DNA from: Rotaria socialis | Lineage: Eukaryota | Reading direction: 5' to 3' | Length of the DNA stretch: 56,282 nucleotides | Assembly (NCBI GenBank): GCA_905331295.1 | Contig: CAJNYD010000003.1 | Location: 155,046-211,327 of the forward strand | Shown: one piece after another, positions 25,717-40,391 of the stretch | Layout of the letters: every line of letters starts with the position of its first letter | Position numbering within the stretch: the first letter of the stretch is position 1 | Notes under the pieces: generated by a model | What the model was told of the DNA's origin: nothing | The model's database searches: none | The model's input: only the letters and a program-made list of their open reading frames with translations | Program-made: the position numbers and the translations under genes

Positions 25717-26367
25717 ATGCTTTTCTTTATCCTCATAATTGGTGTGTTTGTTCACGATGGCATTCAAGCATTTGGTAACACTACACAAAGTGGCTCTGAT
25801 ATCATCTATCTAGATAAGCCATTGAACAATCGGAATCGGAATGGTTATGCATACTCGACTCCACAATTCTTCTTACGAACCCAAACGCCTGTGAGTTTCT
25901 ATTTCACCACAGCTATGGTCGGTTTTGTGAAAGTACCAGGCTTGTCACTTGCTTTACATCATTCTCGAGCTCGTCTGTACGAAATTCGTTTTCAAGGAAG
26001 TCTCTACACGACGGCTCTAGCAAAGCGTTCATACATACGCATCATGATTGATGATGCAATTCTCATTTCTAATAAATTGTATCCAAACACCGAGGAACGG
26101 AAACGTCTTGATCCAAGTTTTGAAAACAATTTACTTAATAGTGACATGCAAGGAGGCATCTACTTATTTTCTAGCTCGTCAAATATTGTCTTTCCATGCG
26201 TAAAATTCGAAACGGCGTATATTCCTGCGGGAACACATTCAATTGATGTTGTCATACGCACTGAAGACACAATTATTGTACATGGTAGTGAATTGTTTGT
26301 GAAGGTATTCGACATTGATGAGAGTTCACAGTCAAGTTTACCTCTGGTTCAAACAGTGAGCGGTTGA
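25717..26367 (+). CDS. Intronless secreted protein of unknown function (beta-rich)
   Basis: 216-aa ORF with hydrophobic signal MLFFILIIGVFVHDGIQA. TATA-like tatttaaata at ~25625. Confidence 0.75.
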   Translation: MLFFILIIGVFVHDGIQAFGNTTQSGSDIIYLDKPLNNRNRNGYAYSTPQFFLRTQTPVSFYFTTAMVGFVKVPGLSLALHHSRARLYEIRFQGSLYTTALAKRSYIRIMIDDAILISNKLYPNTEERKRLDPSFENNLLNSDMQGGIYLFSSSSNIVFPCVKFETAYIPAGTHSIDVVIRTEDTIIVHGSELFVKVFDIDESSQSSLPLVQTVSG

Positions 26368-29020
26368 CAAGTTCTAAGACGTTCCTCCAAATCAACGAAC
26401 AATAGAAATTTCTCTAATCAAGCCTTATATCCCATAACCATTCTTTTCTCCCTATAATAGTTCATTTTTTCGGAAAAATAAACAATAGAATAAGCGAAGA
26501 AGTCGCTACGCTCCGACAAATCCATGCAACTGCGGTAGTAGATGTAATTCATTGTAGATATTCGGGTGTGTTTCTAGTATTGAACTACGGAAGCGAGAAT
26601 TAGGGATAACTTTTTATAAGGTCCATGTGCATATAACAGCTTGCAGAAGGCGAGGGTGTTGAACTATTTTACTTATCAACACACGTTGACACCCAAACCA
26701 GCATCCAATATTCTCATTATTTATGTGCTAAACGATGAAATCTAGATAAAATATATTCAACTTTATCGTTAGGAAATCATCAACACCGAAATGCAAGTGT
26801 AAAAACAATGAATCATATTATCAAACCAAAATTTTGCTTTATGAAAATACGAAACAAAGCGTAAATTTATACTTCATATTACAATAATTTATGCACATAC
26901 CAAGATTTTATTGAAAAACGGAAAAAAAACTGCCATTCCTATTAATGTATTCAAATATAATCGATAGATTATAATAAAAAAGTCATATGTTTTTATCATT
27001 TGAATTTATGTTAAAAAGAAGGAAGACTAAATCTTTCGGTATCCGCCGAGTGCTGCTCTCTTGCTTCATCAATCAACGAACCAGGGATAACATCACTAGT
27101 CGTCTCTATAATTGTTCATAGAATATATGCAACTCTCGTTATATTATGTCAGTGATTCCGCATGTTAATGCCATATATGCTTTTGTCTCATTAATAGATG
27201 GCATTGTCGCGTTTAACAGCTGTCTTACTTGAGATTGTACATGCAGAACAATTACCGCAACATGATTTACATATTATTCTGAATAAAAGATTATTTCAGG
27301 AACATCGAACTGTAATGAATCTAGCTCAATTAAAACACTATTTTGAATGATGACCTTGAGTCTGTTTACGGCATGGAGTCAGTCATATGCACGAACAAAT
27401 ATGGATCGAATCTCTGAGACTATCTCATCTACCATAAATTGACTGTTAAACTGTGTAAAATTGAAAATACTAAATTTTGTATTGAATAAAACAATTACTG
27501 CAAGAATAGAATATTCAATTAATTCATTCTTAGATAACACCCTGGAAAAAAAACGCTTCTCTGTCCATTTATTACATATTCATCGTTGTCATTGGACAAT
27601 CACTAATAATGTTACATCTTCCATAGAATCAAATTGGTGATGCATGAACCGCAGTATCTGTTTAATACCCAAGAGAATACATCAGTGATAGTTATACACT
27701 AAAAATGAACCATTTTTGGTTCGTATAATTGTATTCAACTGTTTATTTTTCGGCTAACCTCATTCGCAAAAGCTACGATGTTAAAAATTAGTCAAGAATG
27801 AGATTGTTGATTAGAAAAAAACAAACAATATACTGTTCCTTCTTCAAATCTATTAGTAAAAAACAATGTTTGGAGTGTATAATATGAAGGCGAACGTTTT
27901 CAACATTGTTTATGTCTAGAACATAGATGCGATTCTTGGCTGTAGGGCTATTGTTTCATCGAAAGAATCTTTTGAATTATATTCGTAGCTGCTGTTATGT
28001 TTGAGATAGAGTCGTAACGAGTTAGGAATTTTTTTCGAACAATTGTATGCATACAAACCGCAGTATCCAATTTCAACTGAGTCAATCTCGTATTCATCAT
28101 TCTTCTTCTTTTTCGCTGTGTCTCATTTGTTCGCAACATGACATAATGAACAAGACATGCTCAAGTATCCGTAGTCATCATCATCATCATTGCAATTATT
28201 ATCTACATACACGCATCTTCTTTCACTCATTTACTGATCGCGCAATCGGCAATAAGTCTAAAATGCAAATTTTGCTTATTACAAATAAAAAAATGAAGTT
28301 ACGAAGAACTGACAGAGAAGAAAAAGAACAGGAGCGAATCTTTGCTTGATTATTTTCTGAATAGTACTTTCAAGTGACCTTCTTAATCTAAGCTTATGTA
28401 TATTCCAAGAAAAGTCTACAAGTGGAATATAATTGAGACTGAACTAATGAATTTTGCACGTTTTCTTTTTCTTTCTCAATTAGACATACTGGTCAATGAG
28501 CTTTAACTAGACAATATACATGCTTTCTTTGTCTGCCTTTTTTCATTTTGACATTAATCAACAAAAGAGATTCATTTTCGATAACACATACTCTACGTTA
28601 TTTGACAGCGACGTATTTTCAAGTAGTGCACGTGGCTGATTTTATTCCAATTAATCCAATCGACATTCATTTATTCTTGCTTGACCGGTTCGCCAAGGAT
28701 CAGCTTAATGGATTGCTAGCAAAAAATGTAAATAGCTCAATAGTGTGCCTCTCTGTTTCTCTTTTATCTTTGCTCATATGAACATTTGTATGCCATCCAT
28801 TCATCTGTCAATATCTTTTGTTCTCGAGGGGGTTTCATCTTCTATCCGTTAGATTTTTTTCTTCTCTTAGAAACGAATTTTCCTGCTACGGATTGGTTAT
28901 TTACCTGCTGATTTCCGTTTGCGAGACACAAGGAAAAGGCGTTAATCGCCTACAGTGATAAATGATGAACACAGTTGGATATTCATGGTTATATCTATAT
29001 ATTTATCTGACTATTACTGT

Positions 29021-29969
29021 TCATACAAAAACTAGTCTATTATAAACAATGCACATAATAAAAAGAAGACAATTGCTTAGAGAAGAATGTCGTTGAGAAT
29101 TATTTGATAATAAAGCACTGATACGTTGACGTTGTAACACATCTGAAGAAGAAGAAGAAGAGAGAGAGAGAGAGAATAAGAAGAACAAATGAATAGAATC
29201 AAAATACCTTTTTCAACAATTAATTTAGCCGTACGCCGTTGACGTCTATAAACACAAGTCCATATACCTGAATGGTATGTTTGTGCATGATGAATAATTA
29301 AATATGAATGTAAACTATTGTTTATTAGCCGTTTTCGTACGTGAATATCATCTGGTTTGGTTTTATTAAATTGATTCGATAGGAAAAACCAATTGATTGG
29401 CAACAGAAGGGATTGATTATTTTCATTATCAATTAAAATACTACAATTTAATTTAACATTGGTACCCGGTTCGACATAGAGATTTGATGGAGATAGAATC
29501 ATAGGTATTTGTATATGCAGAAATATTGGAACACTGGCGGTAGCGCGTCGGTTAGCAATCTGACAAAGATATGTTCCTTCATCGGATAGATTCAATTGAT
29601 AGATTTCCAGTGACCAATAAGATTCTCTCATGGATGTCGAATACGACGATATTGAATAACGTTTATCCGTTGTAAATAATTCTTTTCCGACGGTTAACGG
29701 ATACGATAAAAACGTTGAAGAATCATGTTTAAACCACGTTACATGATGTTCACCTAGATCACGTATATGACATGTTAAAATAGCTGTCGACGATACATTC
29801 AATGTTTGATTATATGCTTTGGTTAATATTTGTGGGAAATCTTTTACAGCTACTGTTAATTCTATCATTAGAACGACTAAGAAAAAACATGACAACAAAC
29901 GATTAAAATCAAATCTAGTAACTTACTCAGAATAAATAGGACTAGTTGTTTAAGTTGAAACATCATCAT
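29021..29969 (-). CDS. Two-Ig-domain cell-surface protein (DPR/zig/lachesin-like), probably GPI-anchored, 3 exons
   Basis: Signal peptide; AILTCHIRDLGEHHVTWFK...WSLEIYQLNLSDEGTYLCQI; VKLNCSI...HSGIWTC; hydrophobic C-terminus after splicing at 29208/29142. Confidence 0.88.
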
Positions 29970-30128
29970 CGATTTGACACTTTTGCATCACTGTTTGACA
30001 TATACACATAAATTACATATGATATTTGTTTGCAGCTGATTGTGTAATAAAGCGACTACGTTTTTTTTCTTTTTCAACAGAACATGTTGGTACTAGTTGA
30101 TGAACAACGACATATGAGATGAATGTGA

Positions 30129-30131
<3 letters not shown>

Positions 30132-30162
<31 letters not shown>

Positions 30163-30201
30163 AAACGTGTACACAAGAAGATGAACGTAGATTATGCTTA
30201 T

Positions 30202-30234
<33 letters not shown>

Positions 30235-30242
30235 GTCTCTCT
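30132..30242. repeat. (GA)n and (TC)n microsatellites in inverted arrangement upstream of the Ig gene
   Basis: (GA)n at 30132-30160 and (TC)n at 30202-30242. Confidence 0.9.
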
Positions 30243-32579
30243 TGCTGGTGATGATTGAAGAGACGATGAGGGAAAAAGTGGAAGAGAAAGAAAAGAAAAA
30301 TAAACTTCGACTAATGGAATTAGGAAGAGAGAAGATATCTAAGTTGGGTATGTGGATTAAAGCTTACTAGAATAAAAAAAAAAGGAAGAAGAAAAAGAGA
30401 GCGACATATACAAAAACAGTAAATAGAATATTCATTGCCTTTATATTCAAAAGGGATTTTCGAATAAGAGCAAAATAAAACAGAAGATCAAACGGCGTGC
30501 ATACAAATTGAATGATGACGCATCTCATTTATTTTTCAAATTTTGACAAGATCGATGCGCATACATATGCATACCAGGTGATTCTATCATTGAATAGATC
30601 ACACCTCGCATACTTCATTTGCTTCAAGTAGAATTAGTTTTCCTACTGTGCGTGATTCAAGTGACAAATATACTTATTGTCTGTTTTAGTCCATTCTTGT
30701 ACAGTATGACATGAAGACAGATACGCGTGCCTATCGTAGCCAATTCTATTTTAACGCTTTTGAACACATTCACATGTGACGAGTGTACACACTTACTATT
30801 CTTTTACTTGTCTGCCTAGTCTAGAAGTGTAGTAAGACGCGTTTGCAGGCAAAAATTTAATATAAACCTATTGATTTTCTAATCAATATGATTACAACCG
30901 ACTTGATATAACTACGAAGTTGTTTGTACTTGGAGAAAACAAATTGAAGGATAATTGTCAAATCAAGGCTTTTCTCTTTTAACTCATCACGAGTAATACA
31001 AGTATCAAGTATTGAAACGATTGTCAATATTTTCTTCGATTTTATGCAATGCAATCAAATCCAATGAGAAAAACAGACTGATTGAACAGCCAGTCTAGTA
31101 TGCATGTGGAAGACATTTGTTCTAGTGATCAAGCTTAAGAACAAATTAATGTGAACAAGATGAGCACAGACACATTAAGAATATAGAACGAGAAAGAAAA
31201 AGTACGATTTATACGTATATTTATGTCTACCCTGATAAACGACATAGCCATATATACTGTATGAATATCGTCTCATGAGTAGTTATGTTGCTTTGTTTTT
31301 CTAAGAATGATATAGACAACAGGTTCAGGTCAATTAGACTGATGGGTTCCTTACATATGTTTACAAATGTCCGATCAAAAAAAAAGTCGATAGAGATTTT
31401 TCTAACATTTCTCTTGAGCCTTGAAGGCATCGCGATCGGGTTAAAAAACATGAAAATAATAACAACTGTTGATTGAAAATTATTATGTTTACTGATACCA
31501 TTGATTCGTTGTGATTAAAAATACTGACTTTAGACCAATCCGATGGAACTAGCAAGATAAGATTCTGCTTTTGTTTTATCGGAGATTTATTTTTAGAAAT
31601 GATACTTTGTATTCGAATCTTTAACCTATAGGGTTAACTTTTTAAGTATGAAGTACATTACCATCAGCAAATTCTGTATATTCATTCGCGCAAACATAAT
31701 TGAAATATTTTACATAAATCAAGCTCCTATCACAGTGAATACCACATAATCGATTTTTCCAAAGTAAAAAGCCAATCTTTTATACAAACTTATCCATCAG
31801 AATATTCTATTTTTAAAATTATCACGACATCAATCGTCTTAGTCAACAAACTTCAAAGAAAAAAAAGTCTCATTAGGAATTCTTCGCACGGACAGTGAAA
31901 ATATCATACTAATAGGATTATCATATTACCATATGAAAATAATGTGTAATGAACATACTTTTATGGATGTCAAAAGAGATAGTAGATTCATTGTAAGTTT
32001 AAAAAAAACCGACTCGTTCATTTAAACAGCACTTTATACAACTGGCAAAATCTTTTGGCATCTCCTATCATCTAGATTTCATTCCTACGCCTCATTACCA
32101 AACACAAGTATAGTTATTAGAGTCTTCTTTAGTTAACAAATCGAACTTCATTTGAATAAAAATCATGTTCAAATTTATCAATGCATACATGGTAATATAA
32201 CAGCGATATAAGATGGCTATGGTTACTTATAGGCAATGTGAGGATGAAAATAGTCTGGCCTGAAAATTTGTTCGTTAATAATATCGCTCTAATCCATAAC
32301 TGCTTATCGTTAAATTTGATTATACAATCAACAAACTTAAGCGCATTCGAAAGAGAACACTTTGCTCTATGCGATAAAGTATTTGGGTTCAGGGTTGTCG
32401 ACTTTTTTGAAGATTGAGAGGAACTAAAAATTGGGTAGCTTTTGAATTTTAGGGAAATGTTAGCCCTTTCCTAATCGGCAAGCTTGCTTGAATGATTTAT
32501 TGAGGTCACAGGAAATATTCGGAAAAAGTTTAATGATTCCGGTATTTGTACCTTCGAATCGTTTCTCACAATCTTCCAG

Positions 32580-33752
32580 ACGAAACTGACCGTACATCAT
32601 TCAGCTGGGATATATACACGCACAACGTAGATTATTTAGAAAAAAAACGAACGGCTAGGTCTTTTAAATGCTTGAATATTTTTGTGTGGCTACTTTTCAG
32701 AACATGTTCAATATTTCAGAGACGTTCAACGAACTTGAATATGTCGAATTATTGTTCCAGCTGCTATCGTAGCCACTGGAGATTGACGTTGATTGAATAT
32801 CCATCTTATTCGTTGTTTATATGCCTTAAGAAATAGTCTTGAAGTAAGACAATGAACATAGAAGCTGACCTAAAAACGAATGCTGATAGAAATTTGAAAA
32901 AAGACAAGTAATATTTACTGCAAAGAAGAGACTTTGAAACCATCCTAAATCAGTCCAAATAGATATCACTTGAAAAATAGCGAGTGACAAATTTGATTGT
33001 ATTTTATAAATAGCCAATGGAAGAGAAGTAGTCAAGAAAATGGCAATACTTGCAAGCATAAGAATAAACATTTGATTTTGAAAAACTTTTTGTCGACGAA
33101 AAGATTCCTGGGTGATTCAAATCTCTACTTACTTGAATGATGTCCCATGTCATCAGGTAGAAGTCAAAGGACGCACTACCTATTTCACTGGGTCCACATG
33201 CTGCAGCTGAAAGTCCAGGTATATGTCCTCCGAACCAATGGCTTAACATATGAGAATTAAGATCAACGCCTATGACAAGTAGTGCACCTACAGCAATCGG
33301 GACTTTCTTTGGTGTGCATATTGAAGCTGATTTAAATGGAAATCGTGTTCAAACCCACCGATCAAGAGAAGCTGCAACTAAGATCCATGACGGTGCAAGT
33401 TGAGCTACATTCCTTACAAATGAGCGAAATCGACATAGTTCATCGTATGCAACGTAAGGAAAGAAACGAATTTACATTGAAAAAAAATTAAGAACAGAAT
33501 TTTTCTAGAAATGAATTTCTAATACTTGCAAGCCGAATTCCAAAAAATCAGAGAGACACAAAGTAAATATAATATATCGGATACTTTCCTCAATGTTGAC
33601 TGGGAAAATGTTAATAAGTCAACTATATTACCAGGAAAGCCAATTAAAAATGTCACTAGATAGCCATATTCATATAGCTGAATAACAACAAATGGATTTT
33701 TTTAAATTTGGGATAACAATGCTTGAGAAGATTTCATCGCTGTCGTTGTCAT
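32580..33752 (-). pseudogene. Rhodopsin-family GPCR pseudogene
   Basis: TM1 LVTFLIGFPGNIV, TM3 LCRFRSFVRNVAQLAPSWILVAASLDRWV*TRFP, TM6 MFILMLASIAIFLTTSLP. Contains stops and frameshifts; 3' boundary approximate. Confidence 0.8.
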
Positions 33753-34575
33753 ATTGAAACAAAAATGAAGTTAAAATGACTGAGAATAAAAAAAGACACT
33801 ATTTCATTTTAAGAACTTCTTAGCTCAATATAAAAAGCCATGTAATAATGCTCAGAAGATTAAATATTAATTGAAATCAGTAAATGACTCTAAATCAATT
33901 GATAGCATAGGTTCTCGTTGACACTCAGAAATTGGCATCGGAACGACGATCAACTTGGATGTTAACTATGTAGAAGTTATAGGATTCATAATTAAAAACG
34001 TATTTAGAAGATTGTGATAGAACAGAAGAATATTTGGTTTTGACTCGTACATTTCATTACGTCGTAGTTTACTGTCAAACAGAATAGCATCAATCAATTG
34101 AAATCTATTTCGTGTAAATGATTCGAATCAATATGATCAACTGATAATTATTTACAAGATAGAGTATATATTGAGTGAATACCATTTAAACTAGAAGGGC
34201 ATATGCGATAATCTAATCTACTAGTGTTAGAGTAATGCAAAAACAAAATAGTAAAATAATACAATTCACTTTAAAAATAGAATACTTAGTGTTGAATCCG
34301 GATTCTCTTGTCATAGGAAATCTTCAAATATGATCTTCTATTTCCCATTTTTGAGAAGCTCAATAGCAGATTGCTTTTCATTTGATAGCTCATACAGTTA
34401 TTATACCGAATATTTCAAACATTGCATCATAGTGCCGCATTCATTTGAGATACCTTTGAATCGTATCAGTATTGTTTTGGATACGTGAGGCTCTTTTTAT
34501 GTTACAGATGCGCGTTGCAAAACCAATCTATCAATATATATAAAAATCGATGTGCATGTTGAGGTCGTTTACCAC

Positions 34576-34647
34576 GGCCTGATGGTCTAGTGGTATGATT
34601 CTCGCTTTGGGTGCGAGAGGTTCCGGTTTCGATCACCGGTCAGGCCC
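34576..34647 (+). tRNA. tRNA-Pro(TGG)
   Basis: GGCCTGA/TCAGGCC acceptor, CTCGC-TTTGGGT-GCGAG anticodon arm, TTCGATC T loop. Confidence 0.95.
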
Positions 34648-34878
34648 AATTAAAACTTTTTTAAACGGTATCTACTTAAGAAAAAAACACATTTGCTTGT
34701 TAAACCTATTTTTTATGCAATTGGAGAAAGAAATAAAAGATCAATTTCATCTTAAAATTGTTTGTTTTTAATCATATTTTTATTTTAAATAAAGTTGATC
34801 TTATACAATGATGGCGATAATCATGTCAACGTTTTATTTTCTTTTTTTGTCACAAAACAATAGCATTTGTTTTTGTGT

Positions 34879-35308
34879 TTAAGCTTTAACAGCAAAAGTA
34901 CGTTGTGGAAACGCCCATTGTCGTCGTTGAGCCTTTTTCAATTGGACTGATTTTTCCTTTGGTGTCATTAATCGTCGAATAGCTCGTGTTTTACGTTTAC
35001 GTAAATCTTTTGGCTTATACTTTTTGCCGTGATATAATGCACGTAAATTTTCTTTTGTCGTTTGATGTGTAACAATAAGAACGCGAGCAATTGATTTTCG
35101 TACATTGCGAATTTTGCCTAATTTTTGCGCACCACCACTACCAGTAACTTTGCCAACACGGAGTGTATTTAATTCTTGACGTAATTCTTCCAATTGTTTT
35201 TGAAGTTCATCTAAACAAATGAATTGATAATAAACGACAAGGATTTTATTCTAGTGTGTTCATACCGGGCTTTTTGCCACGTAATTTTGAACATTTAACA
35301 CGGGTCAT
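34879..35308 (-). CDS. RPL35: 60S ribosomal protein L35 (uL29), 2 exons
   Basis: [13 protein letters not shown]...LRVGKVTG...VRKSIARVL...[18 protein letters not shown]...FAVKA. Confidence 0.97.
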
Positions 35309-35805
35309 TGTTTTTCTGATCGAATATCTAAAATTATACGAATATAGAATGATGAGAACAGAAAACTAAAATGAATGAAATGCTTTCGAGAAAAAAATGG
35401 TGATGACTCAGTTAGGCTCTTTGAGTTTGTTGAATGGTTAATATTGATTCCAATTCGAATAGAAACTCTTTCAATTCCTCCTCTTCATAGAAAAAAATTT
35501 ATTTCAAATAAATGAAAACTTAAATTTATTTTGTAGCGAAGAATAATAGTGGTTAACAATAATTTTTATTAGCCATAAAATATCAAATAGATGTCGCACC
35601 CACACACACATATATATATATATATATATACATTTCTGTTGCAAAGAAAAAAAAGTGCGTGATACATAGAAAAAAGCAACTACCGAAACATTATACATCT
35701 TCATTCACTTTTTTAACAAAGAAAAACGTCTAGTAAAAAGTACTAGTAAATGCACCACAAAAACATGCAGCTAGAAAAAATTATCATTCGTAAGAATTGG
35801 AAAGT

Positions 35806-38094
35806 TTAAGTAAAAGCATTTTTGGCAGTTTGTTTAGCTGTTTGTTTAACTACTTTTTGAGCAATCTAAAAATAAAATAAAATGCGTAAGCAACAATTTT
35901 CATTCATCGTTGAAAATTCTTACCGCTTTTGGGCCAAGTCCTCCAACATAGTATGCAGTTAAAGCAGTATTTCCAACTGCGTAGGCTGCATTTGCCGTGA
36001 AGATGGAAGCATCTTCTCCATATCTAAATCAACCCGATTAAGAATTCGATAAAAAAAAACAGAAGAATATTTAAGCGTCTTACTTGTGTTTAACAACACT
36101 AATACTTTCTTTAGCTAAATTGCTTGCTAAATGTTTTGCAGCATTTTCACAACTTTCATAAGCAACACCAAAACCTAATAGAAATAAAACCATCGAATTT
36201 AAGCGGTTTTTCAAAAACAAATCTTACTTGCTAATCCAGCATGTCCAATACTACGTATTCCACTTAATTTTACTATTTCAATAGTACCATCAGGCTTGAC
36301 TATCGTTTCAACTTTACCAAGATTTGGTGCAATTGTACGAGCTAATGCAAGTGTCATTGAACCAACTTTTGATACTTAAAGATATCAAAAACAAAAAAGA
36401 ATAAAAGAACGGAAAATTTTCTTTGAAACACATACCAACGTAACTGCTAGCTTTCACAGCAACACCTGATGTTGTACGTAAACCACGAGCCGTAACATGT
36501 AAACCTTTACTAATTTTTGCCGGCTCTGGATTTGGTACAATTTTATCATGAACAGTTTTTGAAACTTGCCCAATTAAATTTTCAGCCATCACAACGCCAG
36601 TTGATAATTGTTTTGTTAAAAATTTTGTTCCTGGAATAATTTTGTTTTGTATACATAAAATATTCAACAATCAAAACTTTCAATCTTACCAGTTACAAGA
36701 GCTGCAGCAAGCTTTCCTGTTTTCGTTGATGTATCATAAGGTAGTTCTTCAGCGTTAACTTCATCTTGTCCAATAATTTCTGCTTTTCTCCTCGTTGCGT
36801 CCGTTTTCTGACGGCTAGCATTAGAAACTACTTCAGGCATCGCTGCTGCTTGATTTGTGAGTTTAACAGCACCACCTGCGGCTGATGTTAATGATTCACC
36901 ATACTAAATAGAAGCAAAACTTAGCGTATAACGTTTGAATTTTGACATAAAATAATTATCTACTGAAAAGACAACCGACTAGAGCTAAGCAAAAGATTTG
37001 TCTTCCAAGGACAAACAATCAGTAGCAAATAGAGCCATAAAAAAGAACTATTTAGCATCTTTTAATGTAATCCTATCCAACCTTTTCACGCAAAGAGGCT
37101 CTCATGGGCAACACAAAGGCAGGCTGCATCGGTCTAGTTATCTTTGAGAATGATCGGATTACAAATGAGTTTGTTATGTAAAGACATTCACATTGCGAAT
37201 TACTTACTGTAGGTGTTCCTTGTTGAGCCATGAAAACGGAAAGTTTAGAAATAATATCTTCGAAAAAAACACGAACATCCGGTTGAATCGATTCATCGAA
37301 CATCAAACCAACAAATTCACCTGTAGAAAAGAAAAACAAGCAATAGCGAATAGAAAAATATCTTTTTCGTTCTTACCAACTGATGTATTATTCGGAAAAA
37401 TATAGGCATCATATCCCGTTTTAAATGCTGGTGAAACATTTGGATTTAACGGATAAATCCAACTGCCTAATTTTAATAATCCACATGTTTGATCGCCGTC
37501 ACTAAAAGAAGAAAAACAGATGATTAGAAAAAGTAGATCCGAATTTCTGTTCAAAACGACAAACTTCATTTGAAAAATAGTTAACGGTAATGAATCTGAT
37601 GTTGTTTGAATCGTTCCATCTTTAGCAATATAAAAAAGTCGAGCACCTTCATCAAGTTGAAACAACACAGTAGCGTTGCTTTCTTCTTGTGTTTCGTTAC
37701 TTGCTATTGGTTGAAATGCTGATGGATCTTCAAAAACTTGTTCAGCCATTTCGGCTGATTCTTGTTCATCAGTTGTTGGTATATTCTTGTACAATTGTTG
37801 ATTTATATTTTGATAAATTCCATTGGAATCTGCTGATCGATTTTGATGTACTAATGATTGGAGTAATCGTTGATTTGTGTTGCGTTTAATTACTTGTAAT
37901 TCATCGTCAACCGCTGATGTACCTTCGTGGGAATCAATCAATGAGATAACACGTTTATAAAGTACAGATGCTTCATCGTATTGTTGATTTTTTTCGAGAT
38001 TAGTTGCACGTTGTAGATATTCATTTGTTTCACGTCTGAGACTCGCTGGTGTAGCCTCGGCACGTGGACGAGTTTTTTCAAGTAATGCGGTCAT
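35806..38094 (-). CDS. SPG20: Spartin (MIT domain, central domain, senescence domain), multi-exon
   Basis: N-terminal MIT-like helices, LKLGSWIYPL...GYDAYIFP, and senescence-domain motifs (FGVAYESCENAAKHLA, HKYGEDA, LGPKAIAQKVVKQTAKQ). Confidence 0.85.
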
Positions 38095-39464
38095 CGTATC
38101 TAGATTTTATGGTATTCTGAAAAGAATAGAATTATTTTCAATGATTATATATACATATACGATATGAATAAGCTGTCTAATGATTGTAATGCGAAGACGA
38201 ATCGAAAAGAAAAGAAGCCTTTTTGATTACCATAACTCGTGAGTATAGAGATGAGTCATCTGTGACAGATTTTAACAAACTACTACGCATGAGTCATTCA
38301 TTCGTCAGTTCTCTTCCGGTGAATAAGATGTCGCTATGGCATCTTAACGAAATAAACATGAACAACATGGATAGTTCGTTCCTAAATCATATAGTAGGAA
38401 AATGTTTCTTGTTCTGTTTAATCAATACTTTCCGAACGAATTGACAAAGCATTCTTTCGATGTCAGATACAACAAAATATCAATGATAGAGTTATTTATC
38501 GAATGAAAAGTGAAAATAATATTTATTTGTTATCAATATGTTTTGAGTGGTAACACAATATCTCGAAGAAAAAAAAAAGAATTCTTTGATAACTTGAGTT
38601 TTTATGTATTTACCTTTTCCTGCTGTATTAGTCTGATATCGTAGGATAGAAAGAATGGATGTGATAACGTCGAAAGAAAAAATGTCGAAAGCATTGGACT
38701 TCAAGATCTTCTGGTTCAAGTAGATGATTATTCGGCATGCACCAAAACAAAAATTGGTTTGAAAATATAATCTTTTTTGGCATATCTCAAAAAGAAAAAG
38801 AAAACCTCAAATTGGTGTATGCCTAACGAGTACGCTGACCTTTCAAGTTAAAAAATGATTATTTGAATCAGCATGAACCTTGGCTTTGTAATTCTTAGTT
38901 TTACAGCTCCAATATATCTACGAAGATGTTTTTTTATTGTTTGTAAAAAAACTATTCCGAATCAATTGTCAATAACCGTTATTAGAATCAAGAAAAGATA
39001 TAGCACTCGTATTAGTGGGCATTAAACAGTCGAAAGAATTAAGTGATAATACTGCAAAACTGTACGGCAATATCTAAAAGCAAGCGAAATATATAGAAGA
39101 TCATACAACAATGCTGTGATTGCATTTTTTGCACTTTTGTAGTTCCTATCTGTACTACATTCTAGAACGTTCGCTCACAAAATTACTTATTGAGGAAAAC
39201 TATTAGCTAATCAACAAAATTCTAATGAAAAATAGAAAATACAATAAAACAAAATCAATTATTTTTTATAACGATATCTCACAATTTTCGACGTTGCATG
39301 TGTTCGACATTTTTCTTTCAACGTGTTCAATACATACCAGATCAATTGGTTCGCCTTATTGGTCGATCAAAGACAAACTACTTAATCTTGACTGCATTAA
39401 AATAATTGATTGAATATACAAGGAAATGTTTGCGGTTTCAACACATATGAGAGCATATCCAAAT

Positions 39465-40391
39465 CAGGGTTGCCAGCTGCTCAGGTCCCGAATGGGGTAC
39501 ATTCGTGAGGTACGCAGTTTACATGTTTCACACTGGTCATCGGCTGCGGAAATCAATTTCAAAAACTATTTTCAATCAGGAAAGGGCATTCTCAGTTTTT
39601 CGTTTTACTATAAAGTCTAGCTTTCAAATTGAAATCTTTATTTTCTAATAAGTATATTCACAATAAAATTTCATTTTGACATACATATATTCAATTCAAT
39701 CTTAATAAAACAATGCTTGCTCAAAGCGAACCTTCTCGATTTATATTTACACTGACTGTTGCACGCTTTTTTTCGAAGCTTTATTTTTGTTGACTTTTGG
39801 CACACTTTATCAGTTGCGATTGTGTTTGAGCAAAAGAAAAAAAAACTTCACATGTCATAGTACTATTAAATCTGATTTTCAATTCAGCAGCTATCGTTTC
39901 ATACACCGTCAAATTGCGACTGGCTGCCCATGCGCTTTTTCTTTGGCTGAAAACGCCTTCAACAAATGCATTCGAGCAAGGAATTGCGTACACATAAGAA
40001 ATAATTTTGTACATTTCAATACATATTGGTTTCGACTTTACAAGACGAAAAGCCCAAAATGGATCAGGCTGAAATTCCACTTCTCTTTCATGATTTTCCG
40101 TCGTCGGTTTGTGAATGAGACTATCGTCATCGTGGGACTCGTTGCATATGTCATTGTTGAATTCTTCATAAACATGACCATTAACAGCCAGCCAATATAA
40201 TAGACGCTTCACATCTTTATCAATAGTAAATGTCGGATAAAGAGACAGAACTTTTCTTAGTTTCAACCGAAATATGGATGATAGTAGTCGTAACATTGAA
40301 AAATGCAGATGGGGTACAAACTGCGTAGCTCAGAGGTACACGTTTTTTTTGAGGTTCAAAAGGCTCACATGGGGTACGGCTGGTAACCCTG
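39465..40391 (-). mobile_element. Internally deleted hAT transposon with a dimerization-domain remnant
   Basis: TIRs CAGGGTTGCCAGC / GCTGGTAACCCTG, 8-bp flanks atccaaat / gtacaaat. ORF 39781-40296 contains AIPCSNAFVEGVFS...SRN. Confidence 0.88.
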
